Source: Anaerolineae bacterium (GTDB taxonomy: Bacteria > Chloroflexota > Anaerolineae > Aggregatilineales > Phototrophicaceae). From it: DNA of 64,000 nucleotides. Position 1 is the stretch's first letter. Each line of letters starts with the position of its first letter. The stretch is taken from contig JAWKPB010000018.1 in assembly GCA_041390885.1 (NCBI GenBank), forward strand, positions 115,165-179,164, given 5' to 3'. Below are positions 9,324 to 19,737 of the stretch, in pieces. The notes beneath the pieces were generated by a model. That model was not told the origin of the DNA, made no database searches, and saw only the letters and a program-made list of their open reading frames with translations. A program made the position numbers and the translations under genes.

Positions 9324-9701
9324 ATGTCTACACCAAATGGAACGGCTGAAAAGATTCAAGACGTAACACACGATGTTTCGAAGGAACTGGGCGAATTGGG
9401 GCGTGAACTCCGCTCCCGCGCCAATGATATCCGCAAAGAAGCGGTGTCGCAGTTGAACAAAGCGGCAGAGTCTATGCGGCGCGAAACCCGTGCCAATACA
9501 GAAGATAAGGCCGCGCACAAGACCGCCGACGAGTTGGCGAAGGGGCTGGAAAAAGCTGCCCATTACCTCAACCACAACTCGGTGGAGCAGATGGGCGAGG
9601 AAGCCACTAAAGTGGTCAAGCGCAACCCCATGCGCGTCATGCTTATCGCGCTGACCGTGGGCATCATTCTGGGGTTAATGATGCGCGGGGACAAGAAGTA
9701 A
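9324..9701 (+). CDS. DUF883/ElaB-like tail-anchored protein
   Basis: Charged coiled N-terminus; VKRNP..IALTVGIILGLMMR C-terminal anchor; AAGGGAG RBS. Confidence 0.75.
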   Translation: MSTPNGTAEKIQDVTHDVSKELGELGRELRSRANDIRKEAVSQLNKAAESMRRETRANTEDKAAHKTADELAKGLEKAAHYLNHNSVEQMGEEATKVVKRNPMRVMLIALTVGIILGLMMRGDKK

Positions 9702-9712
9702 ACCAGGTGCAG

Positions 9713-9737
9713 AAGGCGGGTCGAACACCCGCCTTTT
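9713..9737 (+). terminator. Rho-independent terminator
   Basis: AAGGCGGGT-CGAAC-ACCCGCCTTTT right after the gene. Confidence 0.7.
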
Positions 9738-9820
9738 GATTTATTTCTTTGGTACAATCGGTGACCGGGTTGGTAACAGCCCGGTTTTACGTATGTGGTA
9801 CAAGCAAGGATATTCCCCGC

Positions 9821-10156
9821 ATGGTCAAATTTATTATTACCTTCGACCGCCCTACCAACCTTACCCACTTTGAAAATGCCTATAACGACTTACTGGCGCT
9901 GGTCGAACGTATGCCGTCTATCCAGCGGCGGCAGGTGGTCAACGTACTGGGCAGTCCAGCAGGTACACCACCGTATTACCGCATCCTCGAAATCTATTTT
10001 GAGAGCGTGGACCAGATGAACGAGTCGCTGCTGTCAAAGGCTGGGCAGGAAACCGGCGCGGAGCTGGGCAGGCGCTTCACAGCAGGCACGTATAAGGCTT
10101 TCTATGCCGAAATTTTTGAAGAAGCGGGTGGCAGCACACCGCCGATTTCTACTTGA
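9821..10156 (+). CDS. EthD-like dimeric alpha/beta barrel protein
   Basis: MVKFII.F..P....FE..Y, PPYYRILEIYFES pattern. Confidence 0.7.
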   Translation: MVKFIITFDRPTNLTHFENAYNDLLALVERMPSIQRRQVVNVLGSPAGTPPYYRILEIYFESVDQMNESLLSKAGQETGAELGRRFTAGTYKAFYAEIFEEAGGSTPPIST

Positions 10157-10181
10157 ACACATACGGAGAAAACAGGAGACT

Positions 10182-10769
10182 ATGAAAGCACTGGAAGATC
10201 GTATTCTGGCAGAAGGACAAAATCTGGGCAATGGCATCCTCAAGATTGACAGCCTTCTCAATCACCAGATTTATCCGGATTTGATGATGGAAATGGGCGA
10301 AGAAATGGCACGCCTATTTGCAGGTGTGAAAATCGACCGCATCCTCACCGCCGAAATTTCTGGCATCGCCCCTGCGCTGACAACCGGCTACGTGATGAAA
10401 GTACCCGTGGTCTACGCCCGCAAACTCAAGCCGATCACGATGGCCGGGCCGGTCTTTCTGGAAACGGCCCCCAGCCACACCAAAGGTGGCGAAGTCAACC
10501 TGCTGGTTTCCGCCGAGTTCCTGCATGCGGGTGAAAATGTGCTCATTATTGATGACTTCCTCGCCTCCGGTAAAACCCTGTTGGCGCTGGCACGCATGGT
10601 CAAAAGCGCCAAATGTATATTAGCGGGGGTGGGAGTTGTGGTTGAAAAGTCATTTGAAGGCGGGCGGGCGGCCATGTTGAAAGCCGGTTACAGCAACGTC
10701 CCTATCCACGCGCTGGCAACGATCACCAACATGGATAACGGCAAAATCAGTTTCGCCGAATCGGCTTAA
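10182..10769 (+). CDS. xpt: Xanthine phosphoribosyltransferase
   Basis: ILKIDSLLNHQI, ILTAEISGI, VLIIDDFLASG (PRPP-binding), EKSFEGG. Confidence 0.92.
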   Translation: MKALEDRILAEGQNLGNGILKIDSLLNHQIYPDLMMEMGEEMARLFAGVKIDRILTAEISGIAPALTTGYVMKVPVVYARKLKPITMAGPVFLETAPSHTKGGEVNLLVSAEFLHAGENVLIIDDFLASGKTLLALARMVKSAKCILAGVGVVVEKSFEGGRAAMLKAGYSNVPIHALATITNMDNGKISFAESA

Positions 10770-10778
10770 GGAGGCTTT

Positions 10779-12599
10779 GTGGCTTTCAAACCGCTGGACA
10801 CACGCCCTGACGCCCCATGGAAACAGCGTTACCGCGCTGCCAGCATCGAATGGGCTGAGATTGCCACAAATAACCCGGCACGTGGCGTGGCCTACAGCAA
10901 CAAAGATGGCATCTTTCAGTTATACGCATGGGATTTGCCAGCGGGTACGCTGCGCCAGATCACCCACCAGCCCGCGGGCATCATGTCCGGCGCGATTTCG
11001 GCGGATGGCGAATACATCTATTACCACTTCGATCAGCGGGGAAATGAAATCGGGCATTATGTGCGCGTTCCCTTCGCGGGTGGTGAGCCCGAAGATTTGA
11101 CGCCTGATTTGACACCTTACGGCTCGTTCGTTTTCGGCCAAAGCCAAACCGGACGGGTAATCGGCTTTCAGGCAGCCGGTGACCACGGCTTCGATATGGT
11201 GGTGAAAGCCGAAGGGCAAGTGCCCCGCATCCTCGCCCACTTTCGCCAGCGCACCTACGGCCCGACGCTTTCCTATGATGGCGAGATCGCCGTAGTAGAC
11301 ACGGGTGAATACACCGGCACGCTGGATAACAGCTTGGTAGCCTATGATACTGCTCTCGGTGCGAAAATTGCTGATTTGTGGGATGGAGAAGGCATCGCCC
11401 ATGAGTCTCGCGTCTTTTCGCCCCTTTCCGGTGACTTCCGCCTGCTGGCGACCACCTCGCGTACGGGTTACTTCCGCCCCCTCATCTGGAATCCGCGGAC
11501 GGGTGAACGGCAGGACTTAGCGCTTGATTCGATTGAAGGCGAAATCATCGCGTGGGATTGGTCACCGGATGCCAAACGGGTGCTGCTCTGCCAACTGCAT
11601 CAGGCCGAATACCAGCTTTACACCTATGACATTGATAGCCGGCTCGTTACCCGCCTCAACCACCCGCCCGGCGTCTACGGTGCAGACCGGTCTGGCAGTT
11701 TCACCGCCGGTGGGGACATCGTGGTGGTCTGGCAAGATCCCAGCCACCCGCCGCAGGTGGTTCTACTGGATGGACAGACTGGCGAGCGTAAACAGGTCAT
11801 ACTGGCCGCTGGCAGCGCGCCTGCCGGACAGCCCATGCGCACGGTGTGGGTGAAAGGTGCATTGGGTGAGCAGGTACACTGCTGGTTGGCGACGCCCGCT
11901 GGTGAAGGCCCATTCCCGACCATATTGCATACCCACGGCGGGCCAGAGTGGGTGATCTGCCAATATTTCTTTCCAAAATGTCAGGCATGGCTCGATCATG
12001 GTTTCGCTTTTATGAGCGTCAATTACCACGGTTCGACCACCTTCGGCGCGGACTTCACCAAGTCCATCACCGGGCGTCTGGGCGATTTAGAAGTGCAGGA
12101 TATGGCTGCCGCCTATGAATGGCTGGTCGAAAATCACATCGCCCAAGCCGATGCGGTCTTTCTGACGGGTATTTCCTACGGCGGTTTCCTCACCCTTCAG
12201 GGATTAGGGACGCGGCCTGATCTGTGGGCGGGCGGCATGGCAGGTGTGCCTGTAGCGGATATGGTCATGGGCTACGAGGACGAATCCGAAACACTGCGCG
12301 GGCTTGATCGGGCGTTGATGGGTGGCACACCGGAAGAAGTCCCCGAACGCTATCGCGCCAGTTCACCCATTACCTATGCCGAAGCCGTACGCGCGCCGGT
12401 CATGATTATTCAGGGCGAAAATGACACGCGATGCCCACCGCGGCCGGTGCGGGCCTACGAAGCGAAAATGCGCGCGCTGGGTAAATCCATCGAGGTGCAT
12501 TGGTACGACGGGGGACATTCTGCCCTCGCGCAAGAACTGGATATTGAGCATCAGGAATTAATGCTCAAATTCGCTTATCGCATTCTGAACCACGATTGA
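10779..12599 (+). CDS. S9 family peptidase (beta-propeller plus alpha/beta hydrolase)
   Basis: HGGP, GISYGG nucleophile, QGENDTRC, GGH. Confidence 0.9.
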   Translation: MAFKPLDTRPDAPWKQRYRAASIEWAEIATNNPARGVAYSNKDGIFQLYAWDLPAGTLRQITHQPAGIMSGAISADGEYIYYHFDQRGNEIGHYVRVPFAGGEPEDLTPDLTPYGSFVFGQSQTGRVIGFQAAGDHGFDMVVKAEGQVPRILAHFRQRTYGPTLSYDGEIAVVDTGEYTGTLDNSLVAYDTALGAKIADLWDGEGIAHESRVFSPLSGDFRLLATTSRTGYFRPLIWNPRTGERQDLALDSIEGEIIAWDWSPDAKRVLLCQLHQAEYQLYTYDIDSRLVTRLNHPPGVYGADRSGSFTAGGDIVVVWQDPSHPPQVVLLDGQTGERKQVILAAGSAPAGQPMRTVWVKGALGEQVHCWLATPAGEGPFPTILHTHGGPEWVICQYFFPKCQAWLDHGFAFMSVNYHGSTTFGADFTKSITGRLGDLEVQDMAAAYEWLVENHIAQADAVFLTGISYGGFLTLQGLGTRPDLWAGGMAGVPVADMVMGYEDESETLRGLDRALMGGTPEEVPERYRASSPITYAEAVRAPVMIIQGENDTRCPPRPVRAYEAKMRALGKSIEVHWYDGGHSALAQELDIEHQELMLKFAYRILNHD

Positions 12600-12668
12600 C
12601 ACAATAGTGGGAACATCAACGCTCGGTATGTGTCTGGTAACTCACAACTGGAGACTGGTAACTGCATC

Positions 12669-14231
12669 ATGACCGACCCCCGTCACGGCGGCATCGCCGT
12701 TCTTGATTTTGGCAGCCAATATACGCAGCTCATCGCCCGCCGCGTGCGCGAACAGAATGTGTACGCCGAGGTGTTCCCCTTCGATGCGCCACCGGAAAAG
12801 GTGAATACTCACCAGCCGAAAGGCTACATTCTGTCCGGTGGACCGAATAGCATCTATGAAGACGGTGCGCCCCAATTACCCAAATGGCTGCTGCGCGGCG
12901 CAACCCACGATCCCATCCTCGGTATCTGCTACGGCATGCAGGCGTTGACCCATGCCCTCGGCGGCAAGGTGGGCGCGTCGCAGGCGCGGGAGTACGGCCC
13001 TGCCCACATCAGCCGTTCGCAGGATACGCCGCTGCTCACCAATTTACCGGACAGTATGCAGGTCTGGATGTCTCACGGGGATCGTATCGAGCAGCCACCC
13101 GCTGGTTTCATCGGACTGGCCGCATCTGATAATTCTCCCTATGCCGCGATGGGCGACCCCGCCCGCAGCCTGTACGGCGTACAATTCCACCCTGAAGTGG
13201 CGCACACACCACAGGGCGCGGAACTGCTGCACAACTTCGTCTTCATCATCTGCGGCTGCGAAGCCCGCTGGTCGCCCTCGGCTTTTATCGAAGATGCCGT
13301 GCGTGCCATCCGCGAGCAGGTAGGTGCTGAGCGCGTCATCCTCGGCCTCAGCGGCGGCGTGGATTCGGCTGTCGCCGGTGCGCTGTTGCAGCAGGCCATC
13401 GGTCGCCAGCTCACCGCCATCTTTGTCAACACCGGACTGCTGCGTAAGAACGAGCCGGAACAGGTGGTGCGTATCTTCCGCGACGAGCAGAATATGAACC
13501 TGATGGCGGTGGACGCCACCGAAGAATTCCTCGACGAACTCAAGGGCGTGACCGAGCCGGAAGCCAAGCGTAAAGTAATCGGCAAGCTGTTCATTGATAC
13601 CTTTGCCGAACAGGCGCGGCGGCTGGCGGGCGAAGGTGTGCAGTTTCTGGCACAGGGAACGATCTACCCCGATGTCATCGAAAGCGCTGCCAGCAGCAAA
13701 CAGTCCAAAACCATCAAGAGTCACCACAACGTCGGCGGGCTGCCCCCCGACCTCAAATTCCAACTGGTCGAACCTCTGCGCGACTTGTTCAAGGATGAAG
13801 TCCGCAAGGTGGGTACTGCCCTCGGCCTGCCGGATGACATCGTCTGGCGGCAGCCCTTTCCCGGTCCCGGCTTGGGTGTGCGCTGCCTCGGTGATCTGAC
13901 ATGGGAACGGCTGGAAACCTTGCGCGAAGCGGATGCCATCTTCACCGAAGAACTGGGCAAAGCGGGTATGTTACTCAACGGCACGGCGCAGGCCTTTGCC
14001 GTACTGCTGCCCGTCAAGAGTGTGGGCGTGATGGGCGACAACCGTACCTATGAGGAAGTGGTGGCGCTGCGGGCCGTCACGACTGATGATTTCATGACTG
14101 CTGATTGGGCGCGCCTGCCTTATGATCTGCTGGCGCGGGTCAGCAACCGCATCGTCAACGAGGTACGCGGCGTCAACCGCGTCACCTACGACGTCACCAG
14201 CAAGCCGCCGGGAACAATTGAGTGGGAGTGA
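12669..14231 (+). CDS. guaA: GMP synthase (glutamine-hydrolysing)
   Basis: [47 protein letters not shown]. Confidence 0.97.
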   Translation: MTDPRHGGIAVLDFGSQYTQLIARRVREQNVYAEVFPFDAPPEKVNTHQPKGYILSGGPNSIYEDGAPQLPKWLLRGATHDPILGICYGMQALTHALGGKVGASQAREYGPAHISRSQDTPLLTNLPDSMQVWMSHGDRIEQPPAGFIGLAASDNSPYAAMGDPARSLYGVQFHPEVAHTPQGAELLHNFVFIICGCEARWSPSAFIEDAVRAIREQVGAERVILGLSGGVDSAVAGALLQQAIGRQLTAIFVNTGLLRKNEPEQVVRIFRDEQNMNLMAVDATEEFLDELKGVTEPEAKRKVIGKLFIDTFAEQARRLAGEGVQFLAQGTIYPDVIESAASSKQSKTIKSHHNVGGLPPDLKFQLVEPLRDLFKDEVRKVGTALGLPDDIVWRQPFPGPGLGVRCLGDLTWERLETLREADAIFTEELGKAGMLLNGTAQAFAVLLPVKSVGVMGDNRTYEEVVALRAVTTDDFMTADWARLPYDLLARVSNRIVNEVRGVNRVTYDVTSKPPGTIEWE

Positions 14232-14232
14232 C

Positions 14233-14775
14233 ATGAATCTTCCAATTCAGTCCTGTCTGCTCGTCACCGGCATCATGGCTTCGGGCAAATCCACCATCGC
14301 CCAGCAGCCAGCCGAGCGCTTGCCCCGGAGCGTGCATCTGCGCGGCGATGTTTTCCGCCGAATGATTGTGGGCGGGCAGGCGGAGATGACAGCGCCGCTT
14401 TCTGATGAAGCCTTTGCCCAATTGAGCCTCCGTTACCAACTGGCGGCTCAGGTTGCAGATACCTACTGCGCGGCGGGTTTCACCGTTGTCTATCAGGATG
14501 TCATAATCGGTCAGATTCTCAGTGAGGTCGTTGCCCTACATCACAAGTGGCCGCTGTATGTGGTGGTGCTCTGCCCTGCGCCAGCAGTGGCTTTGCAGCG
14601 CGATGCCTCCCGCCACAAGCAGACCTATACCTCATGGACGCCAGAGGGGCTGGACGCTGCTTTGCGTAACGAAACACCAAAACTTGGCCTGTGGCTAGAC
14701 ACCTCAACCCTGACGGTTGATGAAACAGTGGACAGCATTCTGGCGCGGTTAGATGAGGCGCTTATCACTCCCTAG
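14233..14775 (+). CDS. AAA_33-like P-loop kinase/phosphotransferase
   Basis: TGIMASGKST Walker A, HLRGDVFRRM; starts 1 nt after the guaA stop. Confidence 0.8.
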   Translation: MNLPIQSCLLVTGIMASGKSTIAQQPAERLPRSVHLRGDVFRRMIVGGQAEMTAPLSDEAFAQLSLRYQLAAQVADTYCAAGFTVVYQDVIIGQILSEVVALHHKWPLYVVVLCPAPAVALQRDASRHKQTYTSWTPEGLDAALRNETPKLGLWLDTSTLTVDETVDSILARLDEALITP

Positions 14776-14792
14776 TCCGATCACTAATTATC

Positions 14793-15881
14793 TTATTCAG
14801 CTTCGTCTGCGGTCGACAATAAGATCCCGCCATCACGCTTGGTAGGTACGACCGTAGCCTTGCGCGGTTCCAAGATCAGGTGCTTCACTAAAATAGAGGC
14901 TATACCGGCTATCGGGATGGCGATCAACGAGCCCGTGATGCGCCCAGACTGAAGCCCAATCGACACAAAGACCAGCACCAGCAGCGGGTCAAAGTCAGAC
15001 CCGCGCGACATCATCCGTGGTGTCAACCAGTAATTTTCGACCTGCTGCAGCAGGAATGTGACCACAAGCACGATGACACCGTTAATCGGCGAGGTCAAGA
15101 GCCCTAGAAAGGTTCCCAGCAGAACGCCAATGATCCCGCCCACGACGGGGATGGCAGTCGCAACAGCATAGAAGAAACTGATTGAGCCCGCGCTGGGAAT
15201 CCGCAGAATGTTGAGAATCACAAAACACAGCGCCGACGATGACCGAAACCAAACAATCGAGCGAACATAACTGCCCAACACCACATCAATTTCTTCAAGT
15301 ATGGAGCGGACTTGCCCCTTGCGGCTGAGCGGTGACAGTTCGACCAGAAAGTCTTCTGTTCGCTGGCGTGCCGTGATCCAATACAAACCCATGACGACAA
15401 TCAGAATGACATCGCCCAGCGAGGCTGTCGCATTGCCCACCAGCGTCGGCGCGGTGATACGCACCTGCTCTACAATATCATAGACCGATGTGCGGATATT
15501 GGCCGGGTCAATGCCCGTATCAAACGGCGTTCCAGTGATCTGGGTGACCGTTCGTTCGATCCACAATTGAGCGCCGATAAGGCGGTTTGCAAGGCGGTCT
15601 TCATTGGTCAGGTAACCGGCAAATTGGTTGATAACCGGCGGTAGTACCAGCAGCAGCAGCGCCAACACAAGCGCAGCTAATCCCCCATACACAATCAAAA
15701 TGGCTGCCGATTGTGGAACGCGCCACTTTTGCAGCCGCAGGATAGCCGGACGCACCGCCGACGCCACCAGAATGGCAATTAATAGACCAACCCATACGTT
15801 GACGGTCAGTAACAGAATATAGGCAAAAGCCAGCGCCGCCAAAAAAGCCAGTGTTCCCCTAAATACTTGTCCGACTGACAT
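14793..15881 (-). CDS. AI-2E family transporter (short compensated frameshift near 15235-15255)
   Basis: Multi-TM, IPVVG, QQVENYWLTPR, GSLIAIP motifs; the WFRSSSA stretch reads LVSVIVG in another frame. Confidence 0.85.
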   Translation of the reverse strand: MSVGQVFRGTLAFLAALAFAYILLLTVNVWVGLLIAILVASAVRPAILRLQKWRVPQSAAILIVYGGLAALVLALLLLVLPPVINQFAGYLTNEDRLANRLIGAQLWIERTVTQITGTPFDTGIDPANIRTSVYDIVEQVRITAPTLVGNATASLGDVILIVVMGLYWITARQRTEDFLVELSPLSRKGQVRSILEEIDVVLGSYVRSIVWFRSSSALCFVILNILRIPSAGSISFFYAVATAIPVVGGIIGVLLGTFLGLLTSPINGVIVLVVTFLLQQVENYWLTPRMMSRGSDFDPLLVLVFVSIGLQSGRITGSLIAIPIAGIASILVKHLILEPRKATVVPTKRDGGILLSTADEAE

Positions 15882-16153
15882 GTATGAACTCCTCACAAAT
15901 GTGACCGGCACCACTGCCGCATTCCACCGCAGCATTCAGTCCAACGTTGACAGACCACGACGGATATTTCATGGAAATATTGGGTGACTTAGATTATTTA
16001 TGCAGCGTAAAAGCCCAAATTATGGAGTTTCATTCCAAAATAGCAAATAGAGCGGTCTTACTGCTTCCCAATTGACTAGCCCTTCAGCTGTTGAAAATAA
16101 ATAAACCCCGATAACAGTTCGGGGCTTATTGATTCATGCCAAAGCAGGAATGG

Positions 16154-16418
16154 TCAGGCTCTACGAATGACGCGCAGCAGTCCCAAAAGTATCACGGCGC
16201 CGATAAAGGCCGTCAGGATACTTGGCGATGTTCAGTCCGGTCACTGCGCCGCCAACGCCCAGTGCGTTGAGCACGAAACCGCCGATGAAGGCACCGATAA
16301 CACCAACGATAACATCTTGAAGAAAACCTTGTTGGGCGTTAGTTTTCATGACGATACTCGCCAACCAGCCTGCTACCGCTCCAACGATTACCCATACGAT
16401 CAGATTTACCAAATCCAT
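16154..16418 (-). CDS. GlsB/YeaQ/YmgE (transglycosylase-associated) membrane protein with an apparent +1 frameshift near 16222
   Basis: WVIVGAVAGWLAS, DVIVGVIGAFIGG; removing one A restores ..NIASILTAFIGAVILLGLLRVIRRA*. Confidence 0.8.
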
Positions 16419-16482
16419 TTGCTTCACTCCTTTGTGAAAAATCAAACACCCTGTCTGAGCCGGATGAAGGTCAGCCCGGCTC

Positions 16483-16905
16483 CTATTGAATCAACTTCCG
16501 TTCCGAGATTGTTCGTATACTCCTCAGCAGCGCCTCGGTTTCCAGCGGCTTCGGCAGCACATCGTACACCCCTAACGTTTTGGCAGCGGCCTCGTCTTCC
16601 GGAGAATCCATCAGGAAAAGCACCGGTGGCAGTGCAGATTTGCCAAACCGAATGCCGATCTTCGCCATGAATTCTGTGCCTTCGGCTTGCGGGTCGCGGA
16701 AGTCACCAATAAAAACGCTGGGCATTTCTATCTCGTCCAACAGCGCCACCGCAGCCGGAACACTGGCAACCGAGTAGACGATGTACCCGCCCGCCTGTAG
16801 AGTGCTGGTCAAACTGGCGAGCACTTCGGTATCGTCTCCTACCGCCATCACCGCAATTGCAGGCAGTTCTTTCTTGGATTTCCTAAACGGATTCTTGACC
16901 TTCAC
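16483..16905 (-). CDS. Stand-alone receiver-domain protein (atypical)
   Basis: AVGDD, VFIGDF, PVLFL, VLPKP pattern; GGAGG RBS before GTG. Confidence 0.75.
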   Translation of the reverse strand: MKVKNPFRKSKKELPAIAVMAVGDDTEVLASLTSTLQAGGYIVYSVASVPAAVALLDEIEMPSVFIGDFRDPQAEGTEFMAKIGIRFGKSALPPVLFLMDSPEDEAAAKTLGVYDVLPKPLETEALLRSIRTISERKLIQ

Positions 16906-17158
16906 TTTCCCCCTCCAAGTGTCACGTTAATGGATCGAACGGCGAATTGTGTCACACCAGCCGCATTTCGGAAATAATCCATCCTTCAACATGATCTTCA
17001 GGAGACCCAATAAGGTGCTGCCTACGACCGTAAACATAACAGACTTTATGACGCCCTCATATAGGCCGCTCAGGGGATTTTTACGTAGTTATGATGGCCA
17101 TCCATCCACCATATGACCTATGCCAGCTCGTAAATCAAACACGCGATGAGGTAACCCC

Positions 17159-17216
17159 TTGACAGAATTCACTTTACACCGTAAACTAATTATAAGTTTA
17201 CACTGTAAAGTGAATT
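17159..17216 (+). promoter_or_regulatory. Sigma70-type promoter overlapped by two TetR-type operators
   Basis: TTGACA 17159-64, 17 bp, TAAACT 17182-87; palindromes TTTACACCGTAAA (17173-85) and TTTACACTGTAAA (17197-209) within a larger IR 17166-17216. Confidence 0.75.
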
Positions 17217-17224
17217 GAGGTAGC

Positions 17225-17929
17225 ATGGCACGCAGGCGCAACGAAGAATTGAATGAGGCGATGGCGCAGGAAATTAAGACCGTCGCCCGCCGCTTGATGA
17301 CAGAAGAAGGCACCAACGGCCTGTCCATTCGCGGCATCGCCAAAGTGCTGGAGATGACCCCGCCCGCCATTTACCATTACTTCCCCAGCCTCGACGATCT
17401 CATCACCGCGCTCATCGTGGATAGCTTCAATGCGCTGGCGGACACATTGGAAGCGGCGCAGGCACAGTCGGCGGCGGCGACGGCTGGCGGCAAATTGCTA
17501 GATGTCATGTTGGCGTACCGCTGGTGGGCAGTTGAACATCCGGTGGATTTCCAACTGGTCTATGGCAATCCTATTCCCGGCTACGTCGCCCCGCGCGAAG
17601 TGACCGTTCCGGCAGTGGTGCGGACATTTGTAGTCGCGGTGTCGCTGACCGAGCAGGCTATCCAGTCTGGTGAGCTTGTACCGAGTCCGCCCTACAACTA
17701 CATTCCGCCTGTCATAGAAGACCGGCTCAAAGAGCTGATCGGCGCAGGGCAGTATCCTATTTCAACCCTCTCCATGTATCTGGTATTTGTCCTGTGGACG
17801 CAGGTTCACGGCATCATCTATCTGGAAATTTACAACCATATCCAGTCCAATGTGGCCGATGTCGAACTGTTCTACCGCACACAGGTCCACAATATGCTGC
17901 TGACGATGGGTATGCACATGACCGGCTGA
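17225..17929 (+). CDS. TetR/AcrR regulator with WHG-type C-terminal domain
   Basis: LSIRGIAKVLEMTPPAIYHYF HTH; WTQVHG. Confidence 0.9.
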   Translation: MARRRNEELNEAMAQEIKTVARRLMTEEGTNGLSIRGIAKVLEMTPPAIYHYFPSLDDLITALIVDSFNALADTLEAAQAQSAAATAGGKLLDVMLAYRWWAVEHPVDFQLVYGNPIPGYVAPREVTVPAVVRTFVVAVSLTEQAIQSGELVPSPPYNYIPPVIEDRLKELIGAGQYPISTLSMYLVFVLWTQVHGIIYLEIYNHIQSNVADVELFYRTQVHNMLLTMGMHMTG

Positions 17930-18016
17930 TCTAAACACATCAACCAACTCAATAACGGTAATTCACCTGAAATCTCTCAGGTCTAGTTTGATGCGCCCCG
18001 GCGCAGGAGCAATATC

Positions 18017-18958
18017 ATGAACGACAACCAACTACACGTCATTTTCGGTACAGGCCCGGTGGGCAAAGCCACCGCCCGCGAACTCGTCAAGCGCGGTCAG
18101 CGCGTCCGCATGGTCAACCGCAGTGGTAAGGCGAGCGATCTGCCCGCCGGGGTGGAGGTGGTGCGGGGTGATGCCTACAGCGCCGCCACCGTGACCGAAC
18201 TCACCAAAGGGGCAGCCGCCGTTTACCAGTGCGCCCAACCGGAATACCACGAATGGGTGGAGAAATTCCCACCGCTGCAAGCCGCCGTGCTGGAAGGCAC
18301 AGCCGCTAACGGAGCCAAGTTGATCGTGGTCGAAAACCTCTACATGTACGGCGACACCGACGGCAAGCCGCTGACCGAAGACCTGCCCAATAATCCCAAC
18401 ACCCGCAAGGGCAAGGTGCGGGCAGCCATGAGTGAAGCCCTGCTGGCCGCCCACAAAAGCGGCAAAGTGCGCGTCGCCATCGGGCGGGCGTCGGACTTCA
18501 TTGGACCGGAGTACAGCGTAGGCGGCGATCTGGTCGTCTATCCGGCGTTGGCGGGCAAAACGGCTAATGCGCTGGGCAATCTGGACGCGCCACACAGCTT
18601 CACCTACGTGCCTGATTTCGGCAAGGTGATGGCGACACTCGGCACTTGCGACGAGGCGCTGGGACAAATCTGGCACGCGCCCAGCCCCGCGCCGCTCACC
18701 CAGCGCGCCCTGCTGACCATGATCTACAACGAAGCCGGACAGCCGCCCAAGATGCGGGCGGGTGGACGGTTGATGATGAGCCTCTTCGGGCTATTCAATA
18801 AAGGTGCGCGCGAAACGGTGGAGATGATGTACGAATTTGAGAAACCGTTCATCCTCGACAGCAGCAAGTTTGAGCGCACATTTGGGATGCAGGCCACGCC
18901 CATCGAACAGGCTGTGCGCGAAACGGTGGCGTGGTTCAAGTCGCATCCGAAGGTGTAA
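18017..18958 (+). CDS. NAD-dependent epimerase/SDR oxidoreductase
   Basis: FGTGPVG Rossmann motif, ENLYMYG, HSFTYVPD. Confidence 0.85.
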   Translation: MNDNQLHVIFGTGPVGKATARELVKRGQRVRMVNRSGKASDLPAGVEVVRGDAYSAATVTELTKGAAAVYQCAQPEYHEWVEKFPPLQAAVLEGTAANGAKLIVVENLYMYGDTDGKPLTEDLPNNPNTRKGKVRAAMSEALLAAHKSGKVRVAIGRASDFIGPEYSVGGDLVVYPALAGKTANALGNLDAPHSFTYVPDFGKVMATLGTCDEALGQIWHAPSPAPLTQRALLTMIYNEAGQPPKMRAGGRLMMSLFGLFNKGARETVEMMYEFEKPFILDSSKFERTFGMQATPIEQAVRETVAWFKSHPKV

Positions 18959-19022
18959 TCCACGTTTCATCCTCGCGCGGGTGAATGGGTACAATAGCGC
19001 CGGGAGAAAGGGAAACGACCAC

Positions 19023-19598
19023 ATGAGCGATTCGGGGCGTCCGGTACGCAAATCGCCGCGTCTCAAGGGTTACGATTACACCCAGGAAGGCGCTTATTTC
19101 GTGACCATTTGTACACACCAACGACAATTTCTGTTCGGTGAAGTCGTCAATGGTGAGATGCGCTTAAACGAGTTAGGGTTGATCACTGAAGAATGTTGGG
19201 AACTCATTCCAGACCATTTCCCACATATGGAACTGGATGCCTTTGTCGTTATGCCCAATCACGTTCATGGCATCCTCCTGATCGCTGCGCCCCCTGTACT
19301 CAAACCACAACAACCGTCATCATTCGTAGGGACGAGGCATGCCTCGTCCGCTGCTACACCACGGGACAATCAACCACGCGGGACAATGCATGGTTCGTTA
19401 TACACTGCTATGGGTTCTTATAAATCTGCTGTTACCCGTCGGGTACGGCAACACATGCAGACTGACGATACATCCATATGGCAGATCAGCTTTCATGACC
19501 ATATCATACGCAGCGAACAATCCTTGAATAAAATCCGGCATTATGTCTTGAACAATCCCGCGTTGTGGCAAAACGATCAGTTTTTTGCGAGTGGTTGA
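19023..19598 (+). mobile_element. REP-associated tyrosine transposase (RAYT, Y1 HUH family)
   Basis: RKSPRLKGYDY..GAYFVTICT, VVMPNHVHGI (HUH), WQISFHDHIIR, YVLNNP; REP copies inside and immediately downstream. Confidence 0.88.
19326..19349 (+). repeat. GTAG-type REP inside the RAYT ORF
   Basis: GTAG-GGACGAGGCA-TGCCTCGTCC perfect palindrome. Confidence 0.85.
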
Positions 19599-19606
19599 TT
19601 TGGGGC

Positions 19607-19630
19607 GGAGGAGGCATGCCTCCTCCCTAC
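19607..19630 (-). repeat. GTAG-type REP
   Basis: GGAGGAGGCATGCCTCCTCC-CTAC. Confidence 0.85.
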
Positions 19631-19737
19631 AGAAGTTCACAATTTTGACTATGTGGTCAAACGGTATTCCCCGTTGGTATTATCTTGAACTAGAACGCCC
19701 GCAACCGTTCCCCCATCAAATAGAAAGGGAAACGACC

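Noticed and set aside
9740-10180. Purine riboswitch upstream of xpt/guaA
   Set aside because: The conserved purine aptamer core and three-stem layout were not found.
19023-19598. IS200/IS605 element with tnpB
   Set aside because: No tnpB and no IS ends; the motifs and associated REPs fit a RAYT.
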